DNA of 64,000 nucleotides from Bispira polyomma. Lineage: Eukaryota. The notes beneath the pieces were generated by a model. The model did not search any database. It was not told the DNA's origin and saw nothing but the letters and a program-made list of their open reading frames with translations. Of this stretch, positions 42,501 through 54,077 are shown one piece after another. A program made the position numbers and the translations under genes. The stretch spans positions 11,656,001-11,720,000 of the forward strand of contig OZ287748.1 of assembly GCA_965649765.1 (NCBI GenBank), written 5' to 3'. Positions within the stretch are counted from its first letter, which is position 1. Each line of letters opens with the position of its first letter.

Positions 42501-43959
42501 TCCGAAGATAAATTTGACACTAAAAATCCAAAAAAGATGTGTCGCATCACTTGGAAAAATATGACAAATAGATTTAGTTTGGGCTGAACATAGCCTTCAA
42601 CACAGCTAGTGTCATACCACAACGGGCAGTTCATTGGTTAAAGAAATCAGAGCGGGGTAGTTGGTCAAGGTTTTCTGTTATGCAAACCACATGTATTCAG
42701 CAAGTCTACTGCCAACTTTCCCACATACATATTAATGCGTAGATTCGAATCCACAACTGTGTAGTTGGGAGGTAAGTGTTTTACTACTACTACACCACTG
42801 TGGTCTAGATCAGAAGCTGGCCGCAAAGGATTATGTTGAAATTTGTAATCAGCGTGAAGGTCATCAGTTTGTTCTTAGTGCTCTAAGCTCAGGGATAAAC
42901 TAGCAGAGATAACTTTGTCACATCATGATAACATGTAGAGAAATCAACACACATAATCAATAAACCTTAAACAGCAAAGGCTGAGAATATATTGTCCTTA
43001 ACATGTTTTGTACAAAATTTTTAGGTTTCTTAAAGCAATCCTACCTTTAGGTGTATGTTTCTCCTTGGCAACATTCCATAAAGTATCTTGAGAAGTTGGT
43101 GGGCCAGTCAACACAGCCTGTAATATACATTACATCATTTAGAATGGGCTTACCTATACTTTAAAAAAAATGGTTCATCACAAAACTGTCATGACTTACT
43201 GGTGGGTTAATTATATATGTATTTCTATGAAAGTCTAATATTTTTGATTGCCTATCAACTTTATCAAGTCATAATGCTTGTTTTAAATATCAGTACATTG
43301 GGACTGAGGCGGTACTTATAGTGGTCTCTGTGGCCTAATAGTTAGTGTGTCAGACTTTGGATCTCAGGTATCTTGAGAGCCAGGGTTTGATCCTCGCCTG
43401 CAGGCCAAGAGATTGTACCCTTGAAGAAGGTGCTTCACACAAAGTTGTCTCTCTCTACCCAGGTGTATAAATGGGTACCTGGCTGCTAATAGGTGTTAGT
43501 CTTTGTGTGCCGCATGTGGCAGCATGGCTAGTATGCTTCCTGAGGGAGCTGATACTGAACAATTGGTTGACAAGTGAAAGAACTCAGGCTGGGGTTATAA
43601 TATCAAAGCGCATTTGATAACAGTGATGTTGAAATTGGCTATATTGAATTTAATAATTATTATTATCACCTTTAAAGGGTCCAAGATATTGTTCTGAATC
43701 TAGCACAAAAATATGCAATAGATCTAACACAAAGCCTGGCTAAGCCTGTTTGTGAATATCACCCTCATTTAGTACGCGATGTGTGACATACCCCTAGGTT
43801 CTGGTCAGCCCCATCTGCCAGTATATCTGAGTAGAATCCTCTCTGTTTGATTTCAGGGTACTTCCTGCCATCTTGAGCTGTTTTGGGACCAGTATCAGGA
43901 TGGGTCCTATTGGCTGAGAATGGCCTCGAGTGGGAGCTCTTCAATACTCGATTACTCAT
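522..43959 (-). CDS. DNAH1: Dynein axonemal heavy chain 1 (inner-arm dynein), 5' part; multi-exon, continues beyond the left window edge
   Basis: Coding exons 5'->3': 43792-43959(ATG), 43045-43117, 42238-42326, 41122-41210, 40404-40598, 39410-39507, 38849-39010, 37879-38131, 33245-33402, 32772-32986, 31791-31958, 31158-31288, 30752-30902, 29977-30170, 29216-29388, 28435-28690, 26890-27031, 26201-26356, 22360-22558, 17076-17329, 16311-16523, 15079-15243, 13995-14222, 13144-13323, 12263-12400, 11389-11552, 10772-10976, 10099-10196, 9562-9667 (or 6840-6945), 5414-5527, 4597-4746, 3542-3907, 1892-2046, 1131-1329, 522-695. All junctions are GT-AG with matching phases and give an open frame of about 1993 aa. 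Motifs: AAA1 Walker A GPAGTGKT, Walker [29 protein letters not shown]2 [33 protein letters not shown], linker [19 protein letters not shown]-terminal tail motifs ([44 protein letters not shown]) match my recollection of DNAH1 orthologs. The first three coding exons rest mainly on splice signals and frame. Confidence 0.95.
1319..1700. repeat. 29-bp tandem repeat (~13 copies) derived from the exon 34 acceptor junction
   Basis: Unit taccatcagtcctatagtactcacagaat; on the minus strand it contains tag|GACTGATGGTA, the first bases of exon 1131-1329. Confidence 0.9.
2649..3042. mobile_element. MITE-like element with 19-bp perfect inverted repeats
   Basis: gtggacagcatttcgccat (2649-2667) and atggcgaaatgctgtccac (3024-3042) flank an AT-rich core. 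Confidence 0.6.
6840..6945 (-). CDS. DNAH1: DNAH1 exon 29b, duplicated alternative (putatively mutually exclusive) exon [36 protein letters not shown]
   Basis: 106 nt with the same phases as 29a; acceptor cccccttccgcag|, donor |gtacta; 22-codon core identical in protein with 9 synonymous differences. Confidence 0.75.
9562..9667 (-). CDS. DNAH1: DNAH1 exon 29a (AAA1 Walker B), canonical variant [36 protein letters not shown]
   Basis: 106 nt; acceptor tgtttccag|, donor |gtacga; phase 2 in, phase 0 out; joins exons 10099-10196 and 5414-5527 in frame. Confidence 0.93.
11770..11950 (-). mobile_element. tRNA-derived SINE (family 2); related copies at ~42580-42805(-), ~21500-21620(-), ~3200-3330(-)
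   Basis: A-box TGGTGTAGTGG and B-box GGTTTGAATCT; body gttggcagtagacttg...gaaaaccttgaccaac shared with the 42.6-42.8 kb copy. Confidence 0.7.
13690..13994. repeat. Three additional tandem copies of the exon 23 donor junction
   Basis: Repeated ttattgtggattaccttagcaatgttctcaaagcacttcctaagatgtggctgtactg, i.e. the end of exon 13995-14222 plus its donor. Confidence 0.9.
14423..14608. mobile_element. Tc1/mariner (pogo/Tigger-like) MITE; related copies at ~22688-22864, 29026-29209, ~34110-34300, ~6282-6445, ~17662-17838
   Basis: 26-bp TIR CAGTAGAACCTCTATTATCCGACCAT / ATGGTCGGATAATAGAGGTTCTACTG, flanked by TA on both sides. Confidence 0.85.
15263..15880. repeat. 45-bp minisatellite (~13.5 copies) in intron 21
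   Basis: Unit tgcagtgaccaaatgaccatttcactcttcagtgacaatgtaaga; explains the 15-aa-periodic ORFs 15058-15855 and 15263-15952. Confidence 0.95.
19263..19630. repeat. Tandem duplication of ~184 bp
   Basis: Two diverged copies of acctttgatagc...cagcgtaaaaagctcca...caaaccaacaatgacta. Confidence 0.85.
27015..27960. repeat. 63-bp tandem repeat (~14-15 copies) containing the exon 17 acceptor
   Basis: On the minus strand each unit contains gtgagtgtcttgtattaattag|GTGGACAGCAGCAGGTTG; explains ORFs 27053-27838 and 27247-27609. Confidence 0.92.
30359..30558. other. Assembly gap (200 N) inside intron 13
   Basis: Run of N; the flanking exons (…PQLEK | YIMEDIF…) join in frame. Confidence 0.98.
32463..32570. 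mobile_element. Short palindromic MITE; copies at ~14914-15024, ~31641-31760, ~34400-34451, ~34533-34643
   Basis: gggcccgtattcacgaagggacttagcc...ggctaagtccctttgtgaatacgggccc forms a nearly complete hairpin and recurs at least 5 times. Confidence 0.8.
33399..33820. repeat. ~80-90-bp tandem repeat (5 copies) containing the exon 9 acceptor
   Basis: Repeated caagcctgaaacagtgacaggactggatgtaagtcatgg...; explains ORF 33384-33674. Confidence 0.9.
34695..34968 (-). mobile_element. tRNA-derived SINE (family 1), second copy
   Basis: Reverse-complement homolog of 43322-43660 (ctgcaggcc.agagattgtacccttg...gcatggctagtat...gaacaattggttgac). Confidence 0.75.
38166..38435. repeat. Four tandem copies of the exon 8 acceptor junction
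   Basis: On the minus strand, repeated ttttttgtatctccag|GGACCAGGGTCTCTC..CCCAGCCAGTACTGGGTG. Confidence 0.9.
43322..43660 (+). mobile_element. tRNA-derived SINE (family 1) with a Deu/Nin-like central domain
   Basis: A-box TGGCCTAATAG, B-box GGTTTGATCC, central CCCAGGTGTATAAATGGGTACC, (ATT)n tail. Confidence 0.7.
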
Positions 43960-46542
43960 TCTTCTGTTTACAAACAATAAAGAAAAAATATTGACATAAA
44001 TCCCAGCAAAAAAATGGATCTGCTACCTAGGCCTTTGCTATGTTAATTTGTTGACATGAATCAATGCTTTTTCCTTATAATGTATGATAAAATAGTGCAA
44101 GTAATATTTAACTGTTGGACAGCTTGCAATTAGTATTTATTGGTAAGATTAGTATTACAAAGAACATATGCATAAAAGGTAATATTTCTAGTCATATAGG
44201 AATCATAATGATCGTTCCTATATTTAAATATTACACAGATAGCACTATATTTATATATGAGATGAATAAATTATGTACAACAAAGAACAGAATCAACAAA
44301 TGCATATAAGCTTATGTTTTATTGATATAAATTTCAATACAATTCATGAGAAAATATACTAGATAAACTTTAGAAGAACATTCAATTTTTAGACTACTTG
44401 TGTTAGTTAATTGTATTAAATAAATTATATTGTATACATATGTATTATTTATAAGTATTTATGTACACTTAAAATGTATAAGTTAAATTTACAGTCAATA
44501 AACATTTGAATCAATAAAGCAATGGAACTTATTGAAACAATATCACTAGCATGCAAGAAAATCCCCGGACGAAACACAAGTATTTTACATCAATATATCT
44601 GGTAATCTTAGCAATAACATAATTAGGATTAAATCTGGTTTTTGTATAACAGATATATGGATCCATATTGGCAAGGTTAGTCAGTTTGTACAGTGACTTC
44701 ATGGCTTATTTTTAATGACAATATTATGGCGGCTTGGTGAAAATATTCAATAGAAAAACCAGTGATTTTTTATCTTCTATATACAAACATACTACTTTAG
44801 AATAAGAACATAATCTGGCATAAAGCGCAATACATAATACGTAAAATATTACATGTTTATCAACACAAAACCTGCATATCTTGAATATATTACTAGAAGT
44901 TTTACAGAGAGTTTATTGACAATGTTTATCAAATTATCATTATATGCTTTGAAATCCCTGTAAAAGCCACAGAGTTAGTAATCTACATTGGGTAGCTAGC
45001 TTTGTGGGTCAGATATGGTAATACTTTACATGTTATGTTTTCTTAATGTTTTCTGTTGTTTGTTTGGGTTTTTTTACAAAATAAATCACAGAAAACCAAA
45101 CCCAAAGAAATGTCTGACAGTAGGAGTATCACCTACTGTCTTTTTATGGAGAAATGGATTTATAAAATTGACCCACTTTATGACTCTTGACTCACTTCAT
45201 GTTACCCTATGTAGTGGTAATGAAGAGTCAGTCAACAATAAAGTACTTGTGCATGTGCAATATGCAGAAATTTCCTAAAATATTTCACGGTCAACATTTT
45301 GTTACCAAATTGTATACTAGTTCAACAATTTATCACTATGGGAGCTCTTTGTAAAAAGGATAATTTGATATATATCCTCTCTATTGAATTTTAGATAGGA
45401 CAGTATCAAAACTATTCGACCAAGATACCACTTTTCAAAAATTGTTCCGATTGCAGGATATTATTCAAAATGTATACCCAGTCTTACACTCATAGAAGAC
45501 TTTGGAAACAAGAAGCAATTCAACCTCAATAAACAATGAAAAGAGATATGTGCATTCAATCTGAAACAAATATAATGTACTGAAAGAAAACTTTAATTTA
45601 TTTTGCAAACTTCTATTATATAAAAAAAGATTTTAGTATTTAGACAGCTGGACCATTCTGAGTTCCATAACTAGTATATAGTTGAAGCAAAGTGATTTAC
45701 ATCATCGCTAGTCCATTTGTTTTTTTGTAAAGTGTGCATTTATATATGAAGAACTGAAGCAATGAATGGCATGTTTAGACAACTAATAATAAAATAAATA
45801 ATTCAATGAAGCAATGGATGATGAAAATCCACTATGGCCACGCATTTCGTAAATTTGATAGTTTTGACCATTTTTCTGTGAGCTTGTTTCGCCTTTAAAA
45901 AGACCTCCTATGGCCAAAACTGAAGTTGTATTTTAAGCAAGGCATGTTTAAATATAAATGATACAAAGACATTTGAATAAAGAAGGAAAATGTGAACATC
46001 AAAATTACAAGGCTATTAAATCAACAAGAAACAACTATATAACAAGCAAATGATAATGCTGTGACACAGTTTTTCGTTATTGCTTACATTACACAATTGT
46101 TTGTGATATTGAGGTCACTAAAATTGACAATAACGTATGCATGACCATACAGTACACCTACTGCTTTGCTAGCAATTATGGTCATACTAATAATTATGGA
46201 CACCCCTATTATTCAAACACAACTTCATAATTCCATGATCATATTGGTTGAGCAATGGTAGATTAAAGTTGGAATAAAACACGCAATGTAGACAAATTTA
46301 TCTTTAATAGTGAACAAATTACTATAAATAGGTTGACCATAATTGATGTATGATTTTTTTCTCGTATTTTCGGCCCATATCATGTTTTTGGTCTTAAATA
46401 GAGGGTAAATCCTGTCTGTAACAAACACATGCTTTTCTAATGTTGGACTTATTCAAGTGAACCAGTCAGTTTATTTTGAAACTTAATTATAAAAAATAGC
46501 CTGAAAAGCAATTGAAACCAGCAATGTTGATTGTTGGCTTAA

Positions 46543-47372
46543 TAGGCCGAAAAGAAATCCAGATCTTTCGACCTTCACGACGTTTCGACCCTTTTTTTCT
46601 AAGATCATTCGACTCGTTTTTTTAAAGTTCGACCTCAAATTTATTGGCCAATAATTAAGAAATTATTGAAGATAAAAAAAAAATGAAAATATACTGAGAA
46701 AGGTTATTTTATTGTGGTTATTGCCCTTTTTGTTGCATCAAAATCTGTTGAGAAATGGTTGAGATATCTAACTCTAAAGATGGGTAGCCATATTTATATT
46801 TATTTACGTTTACCATCTTCTGTTTCTAACTTTCCCTTAATGAAAAACAAGGTCAGCCGAGTCAAAGATCAAAGACATTTTTGGGGATTTCCTTTAATTG
46901 CTTTCTTCCAAAGACAGTCTGTATATATATATATATATATAAAAATATATGTGTATGGTAATATATGTTGGTGATTGCTGCCGAGTTAAAATTATATATC
47001 CTTATATAATGGAAGTTGGTGCTTTTGGGTGCTCCAAACGATACTAGATTGTCTAATTTGCAACAATTTCTTCCATTGTCGCTCATATACATACGCTTCA
47101 CTTCCCCCAATCAATATCATAGTCGTCGGGTCTTAGATGTATATTTGCTTTAATAATTGCTACTTTTTTGGAAAGAAACAATTAACGGAACTTATTTGCT
47201 TTTATATAAATATGTAATGAATACCTTATTATTATTTTCGATGTAAGTAAGGTAAAACTTAAGGGAAGCTACCTTCCAAACAATTAATCTACTGTAAATG
47301 AGGTCAAAACGTCTGAAAAAAAAGAGGGTCGAAACGTCCCAAAGGTCGAAACATTTGGTAATCGGCCGAAAA
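46543..47372. mobile_element. Non-autonomous DNA element with subterminal inverted repeats
   Basis: tttcgacctt..gacgtttcgaccc (~46565-46592) vs gggtcgaaacgtc..aaggtcgaaa (~47325-47351); internal segment 46856-46920 recurs inverted at 60179-60242 and 60311-60370. Confidence 0.5.
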
Positions 47373-47580
47373 TAGGGTGAACCTTTATATGATCGTTGGG
47401 GTTTTGGGCTTCCTTGGTGAAAATGTTTATCGCAGAATACGTATAAAGTTAATGCGCTACCTCGAAACCCCATTGCGCCGAAAACATGATACATGACCAC
47501 TACGGCTAGCCAAGCAGTATGGGTGGAGGTAAAGGACCACTCTTGTGAACACCTGCTTACAAAACGCTGTGGCACCTTAC

Positions 47581-47790
47581 CTGATTTGTAAATAACTACT
47601 GTGTCATAAAACTCGTTTCACATAAAACAATGTTCATACTTTAATTCATTTTAAAGAAATAATGTAGTCATTTAGGCTTAACTGATGCACAACTGTTCAC
47701 TGTTTAGTTTACAAATAAATCAGCCAAGTTCCTTTTTCCACATTCAGTTTGTTTATTGGAACTTGTCGATGTTGCCATGAACACGACAGC
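47581..47790 (-). promoter_or_regulatory. Putative DNAH1 non-coding first exon and promoter with X-box-like and forkhead-like motifs
   Basis: Strong donor CAG|gtaagg at 47581/47580; locally CpG-retaining sequence at 47370-47580; GTTGCCATGAACAC at 47771-47784 (11/14 match to the RFX X-box GTTGCCATGGCAAC); TGTTTA cores near 47701 and 47750. Coding exon 1 has an acceptor 4 nt before its ATG, so an upstream exon is expected. Confidence 0.5.
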
Positions 47791-49055
47791 TTCCTACCAA
47801 TTTATACACCGTTAAAAATTAACGTATCCCGATAGAGCCATTGAGTTTTTCACATATTGAGTGAAATAAACAACGGGACAGTTTTATTTTAGTCGCTTTG
47901 TAGTAAATACATTCCTTAAATATATTTTTTGATTAATGTTATTTATACGTGTTATACATTTGTAGACACAGCTACATGGCCTCAGAGGTACAATATTAGA
48001 CTTAAGTGTCGCAATTACAACAGATTGATTAGTATCTTTCCCTACATGGATAACATATACATATGGATACATATGACCCTAAGCATAAGCATTTATTTTA
48101 TTGACAGTTAGCCAAATATTGATATATTTTAACATCCACGTAATTCTTTGGAAACTATAAAATAAATCTGTGGATTAAATGGTTCGCTGGATTAATTTTA
48201 GACCAAACTTAACCATTTGTCAATACAAAATACTGAGCTATGTTAAGACAGGGGTCCTCAATTTTAAAACTTACCATAGTGTGTGCAAACGCTTTAGTAT
48301 CACATAGTGCAGGTTTAGTAAATAAACTACTTAAGTATATTAATCCCAAATAAATATTTGTCCTATATTCTACCATGCAAAAACATAAAATTTTGCTTTA
48401 AGAATATATACTCTATAGCTTAAAGGGCATCCCACTTTTGCAAACTAAACTAGCCACCTTAGGGCAATCTATGCAACCTACAAATTGCACTGGTCGCACT
48501 TAGGGCAATCTATGGAACCTACAAATTGCACTGGTCGCACTTGATTTTTAGCGTTCACTCACATTCAAGGTGCTTTCTCAAATCAGCCCTAACTCAACTA
48601 CAACTCATTCTCTGTGTGACTAATGGGACCACAGTGAGTTTATTTAACAATTTTACCAAACTAGCTTAATTTAAATTATCTCACATCATTATATGGCTTT
48701 TAAATCAACTCAAATCAGGATGGAAAATGAAGTTGTATTGTATATTCACCATATTGATGCGAGTCATCTTCTAAAGTGCAATAACAGAATTAGTTAGCCA
48801 ATAATGAAGTCTAAAAACATAGCCAAGGTTGTAATGAAGTATGGGATGTACACAGAGGGAATTAAGAGGGGGTGTGGGAGTTTGTAGAGGTGGGCTTTAA
48901 GTTTTTTCCTAAACCTCCAGATGAAGATCTAGATCCAGCCCTCTTGATAGGTTTTACAGAGAAATCAAATAGTTTCTTTCCCCTTTTCAGGTTACTGAAG
49001 GCAAGGTGAGCAGCGAAATAGGAGGGCTGTTGAACGATAGCAGTTTTGAAAGTAG

Positions 49056-49950
49056 TTATATGAAATTTAAACAAAATAGGATAATGATCAAGTCAAGACA
49101 GATAGTTTTGAACTTGTTTATGTGAGACTTTTGTGCTCCAAGCAAAAGACAATTACAGTATTCTAGATGGCTGCTAACAAGAGAGTTAACCATGATGGCT
49201 GTATCCCAAGACAAGTGATTTCTGATTCTTTCAATAGTAACTAGAGCAACAAATGTTACTGATGTGTGAGTCAGAAGCGGAGTCAATGGTTACACATTGC
49301 AAGGTTCCTAACATTATCAGGGGACTGTATATATTGGCCAGTAGAGTAATGGGGAATAATGATCAGAAGTAGACTCAAATTTTTGTAGGCACTTTGGGGG
49401 TCGAAAGGGAGAGAAAGATTTGAGTGTCATCAGCATACATTTGATTTTTAACTTTGTGATTATTGAAAATGTACTGAGGGGATGAGTATAGAGTATAAAA
49501 AGTAGAGGCCCTAGGACCGACCCCGAAAGGTAGGCTGAATGAGGATAAAAAGTGATCATCCAGTTGGATTATTGGGGTTCCAGAAGTCAGATAGGATCTA
49601 ATCCAATGTAGGACTATGCCATATAGTCCAAACCACTCTTTTAGGGTGTTAAAAAGTAGGTCATGGTCGATGGTTTCAAAAGTTGCTGAGAGATCTAGAA
49701 GGGTTAGGGCTACAGTTTCATCACGATCCAAGGCAAGGTTAATATCATTACTGATGGAGAGGAGAATTAATACTTTTAATAATAGAAATTATGAGGATAT
49801 CCAGGCTTTCAGTGAGAATAATGGCAGGGATAGGATCCAGTTCAAAGGATTTTTTTTCAGAAAGTATGTGGTTATTTTGTCACTGAAAAATTTTCCTAAT
49901 TTTTTTATGTAAAAATGTGAGGCAATAATGGCCAGGTAAAACTTGTTCAG
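49056..49950 (-). mobile_element. Degenerate L2/CR1-superfamily LINE reverse transcriptase fragment
   Basis: Frameshifted pieces LLDLSATFETIDH, WIRSYL, GSVLGPLLFILY, YADDTQIF, SLVSSHLEYCNCLL. Confidence 0.85.
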
Positions 49951-50469
49951 ATGTGCGGTGTAGTATTTTATTGATCGAGTTCCATAACTGTATTGGGCCA
50001 ACTCGACCCTTTTGCAACAACTGTACGATCCTTGCAATGGTGATGCATGTTCAACTCGACCCTTGTGTTTGCATCCTAGGAAATTTCAACTCTGTCTAAC
50101 ATATTAGACCACAGGGCAAATATGTGTGATTGGCTTCTCACAGGATTCACACAGTAGTCTATTTCCAAATCGCAAAAGTGGGAACCAGACATAAGTGGTT
50201 ACGTTAAACATAGAAGCAGGAAGTAGGGTCACTGTGACGTCACTTCCTGTGCCTGTGAGACTTCCTGAAATGTGGCTGGCCCAATTGGAGCTGTCCCAAA
50301 ATGTGTCTGCCCAAAATGTCCAATATAACCGAATTTAAGGTACTAGAGTGGATGTAAATATCCAAAATAATTAATTAATCAAATCAAATTTCTTTAACTA
50401 AAGAATCAAATTATTACATATGTGTCAGTGCATGCTTGATTTGTGAAGTGCATACTGAAATTCACATAT

Positions 50470-50825
50470 ATAGTCGTTACCTCACGTCTGGACTACTGCA
50501 ATAGCTTGTTAAATGGCCTCCCAAAGTATCTTTTCAAAAAAGCTCCAGCATGTACAAAACTGCACTTGTAATTCTTAATAAATAAAAGTCTTACCAGCTC
50601 CATTAAATCCTGTTTATAAATTACTAGTAATCTATAATTCACTACACAATTTCCCCTGTATACCTATAAAGATCTACATTATATGCCCCCCCCCCCCCCC
50701 CCAGTTATATTACTGATCTTCTGCAAACCTACCTATCCACTAGATCTCTCAGATGTGAAACAAAAACTTGCTAGTAGAATAAAGATCAATATTGCATCAT
50801 ATGGTAACAGGGCTTTCACTGTTTT
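50470..50825 (+). mobile_element. Degenerate L2-like LINE 3' fragment
   Basis: Translates VTSRLDYCNSLLNGLP, LQHVQN and YGNRAF, typical of the L2 ORF2 C-terminus. Confidence 0.6.
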
Positions 50826-51506
50826 GATTACACAAGAGACTGCATGTGAAAAAGGAACCAATATGAAAAATAAACTGAATACATATAATTTTTTACGGCA
50901 GTGAACATGTGCATGCACCACATATAGTGTCAGGGATTGCGCCATACAAGACTTCATTTGTATTGCACTGCATCCTTAGTATAAATTTTAAAAAGTTATA
51001 CATAAAAGTAAAGATAACATTGTGTAATTAAAAGATAAAGGACTACATAGCAGACATCAACAATTGCTAGAAATTCTGTCAATTAATGATTTTCTAAGTG
51101 AGCTACTTTAATTAAGGTCACAAAAATGTCTATATAAATTTTGAATTCGAACAATATTAAGTGCTATTTTAAGTACACCTCTGTGTAATTTTTTCAAAAT
51201 ATCTAATTTAGCAAATATTAAGTGCTTCTTAAATACACTACAGGCTATAGTTAATGACTCTCAAATTATGGGATTAATGTAACATTATTGTCACTGGCAA
51301 TTGCTCAAAAAAAGTTTAAATCAAATTATGGGATTATTTTAAACAAAGGGGCTGGAGTATGGTTACATACCATACTCTAAAATAAAGGCTGGCATACGAA
51401 TATTGAAGAAAGAATCATCAAAGGTGTCTTGCATTTTATTTACAGACGATAATGTAATGATTGGCCAATATCATATTACCTTATATGTATACATAGACAT
51501 ATTGGA

Positions 51507-54077
51507 GAAAATACCTCCCTAGTTGAGTCACTTTATGATGAACTGAGCACTGCCATCAAAGTTCCATCAAGATGGCTATTATTTGTGTGCGGCGATTTCA
51601 ATGCCAAGCTTGGGAAACTCAGCAAGACTGAAAAAGAAGCAGTACTTAGCATGTGTATGGGATCCTATGGAATGGGCAAAAGGAACAACAATGGTGAAGC
51701 ACTGGCATCTTTCATCAGTGCCAAAGGCCTATTTGCCACAAACACAGCCTTCAGACACCCTGCTCGTCACCGCACAACGTGGACTGGACACATTGCTGAC
51801 CCCAAGGCAAAGGCAGATTCCAATGCTACAATCGCCATCTTCAATCAGATTGACTTTGTGCTGTGTAAGCTAAAAAGCAAGCCACTGCTCAGAGATTCCC
51901 GCACTTATGGAGGTGCAGATCTCAATTCAGATCACAAGCCAGTGGTTACATGCATCCGAATGGAAAACATCAATCTGTGTCATAAGAAACACCGAAGACA
52001 GAAAGGCCAGGTCAGATATGATCTTGCTAGGCTCACCAATGACCCTGCTACCCAGGTACAATACAAGGAAAGCCTAAGAAATCAACTGACCAAGATAGAT
52101 CACTGCAGTGACCCAAACAAAGCTTTGGGCACCATATTAAAGTGTATGGAAACATCAGCTGCTAACACCCTAGGTGTGCGGAAAAACAACAACAGCCACA
52201 GACACCACACAGAAGATCCTGTAATTGTAGAAATGTCAGAAAAGCAGAAAGCATTAAGACTGCGCATCTACCAAAATGGCCAAAGTGAAGACCGAAGCAG
52301 CCTAAGAAAAGAACGCAACAATATCCTGCGCAACATCAGTAAACATCTAAAAGAACTTGAGATCATGAGAGCAGACTCTCTGGCAAATGACATCTCCTCC
52401 ACAGACGAATGTCGTAAAATGTTTAGGGCAGCTAGAGCCCTCAAGGTTGGAAGAATCATACCATCACTCTCTGTGCACAATGCTGATGGTCATTTTGTTG
52501 TAACTGACAAGGGCAAAGCAGACACAATTAGTGACTGGTTCAAAAAACAATTCACTGATCCAGAAGGAGAACAGCTAGATCCTTTCCTAGGTGAGCCCAG
52601 GCCACTAGAGGTCCCCATCAAAGAGGATAAAGTCAAGAAGGCCATAAAAACCCTTAGGTATGGACGTACATCAGGCCCTGATGGGATCAGCAATGAACTA
52701 TTCAAATATGGAAACGATACCTTATCACCATTCATCTTACCTATCATTAACTCTGCTTTTGAACACCACAACCCGATTGAAGCTGTAGGACAAGGAACTC
52801 TCATTGCACTGCCCAAACCAAAGAAACCACCTGGTCCACCTGCAAACCTGCACCCAATTGTGCTCCTGAACAGCATCCGGAAGATCATGTCCACAGTTAC
52901 GTTACACCGTATCAGAGACAAGATAGATAAATTTACCGGACCATATCAGAGTGGATTCAAGAGGGGACGCAGCTGTGCAGATATAGTTTGGGCACAACGC
53001 ATGCTTGTATCTATAGTCATGTCTAAGCACTGGGATTTTTTCAAAATGGGCATAGACATGTCCCGGGCCTTTGACACTATAAAAAGGTCAAAAATCATAA
53101 ATGTACTACACCAAGCAGGCTGCAATGAAGATAAACTACGTCTAGTGAGAACACTGTTGGCAAAAACCAAGCTGAAGGTCCGCGTGAAGTCAACATATTC
53201 AGCTGAATTTGAAACAACAATTGGCTCCCCACAAGGAGATAGCCTGTCCCCAGTGCTGTTCACCAGTTACCATGCTGCTGCCATATCATCTGTACGGAGG
53301 TGTTGAACAAGACCTAACCCTCCAATTTCCTCCCTAGGCATACCACTAGAAATGGAATACGCATATGACGTGGACTTCATTGATGAGGAAAAAGACACAC
53401 TTGACAGACTACTCCCTATAGCTGCCAAAATTCTGAAAGAATCAAATCTATTCATGAATGAAGCCAAGACCGAATTCACTCATGTATATCTGTCTGACAC
53501 GCAGGAAAAAGGAGAAAATGACAAACTTCTCCAGGGAAAAGAAGAATGGAGGAAGGGCAAGATCCTTGGATCCCTCCTCTGCAGCATCTCCGATAAAGAA
53601 GCACGTTGTGTCATGGGCAACATCGCATTTCAGTCCTTCTGGAAGATATGGATCCGAGGATCAAAAATTTCCTTCACCAAAAAACTGCTGCTATACAACG
53701 CATCATGTGTGTCAATAATGCTATGCAACTGTAATAGCTGGGCAGCTCCAAAGGCAGCTATGGACAAGCTTGAGGTCTATGTTTGGACACATACTTCAGA
53801 TGCCAGAAGACACTCCTGCACAAAAAGCCTTAGAATTTGCTGTAGTAGGATCTAACAAATACAAAGTCCATCAAGGAAGACACTGCACAAACCTACTCCG
53901 CATACTAAGAGCAGATCTCAGAGATGTAGGACTAGGAACTCTAAGAACTGCAAAGAAATTCCAGGAGCTATGAATGCTCGCAAGGGATAGAGTGTAGTGG
54001 ATCAAAATGAAGAAGGACTGATTGCAACTGTAGGTTGTTTCTACTACTACAGGTGCAGAACACAGTATATTATCATC
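51507..54077 (+). mobile_element. 5'-truncated RTE-like non-LTR retrotransposon (APE endonuclease + RT), inactivated
   Basis: ORF 51585-53306: GDFNAKLG, QIDFVL, SDHKPV (APE); QSGFKRGRS, IDMSRAFDTI, GSPQGDSLSPVLF (RT). In-frame stop at 53304-53306; YAYD replaces YADD; frame jump near 53772 into MFGHILQM. 12-bp TSD AGACATATTGGA at 51495-51506 and 54078-54089. Confidence 0.9.

Noticed and set aside
43322-43400. tRNA-like A and B boxes
   Set aside because: No cloverleaf; this is the head of a SINE with a second copy at 34.7-35.0 kb.
52268-53479. Several minus-strand ORFs over the LINE
   Set aside because: Antisense shadows of the LINE ORF.
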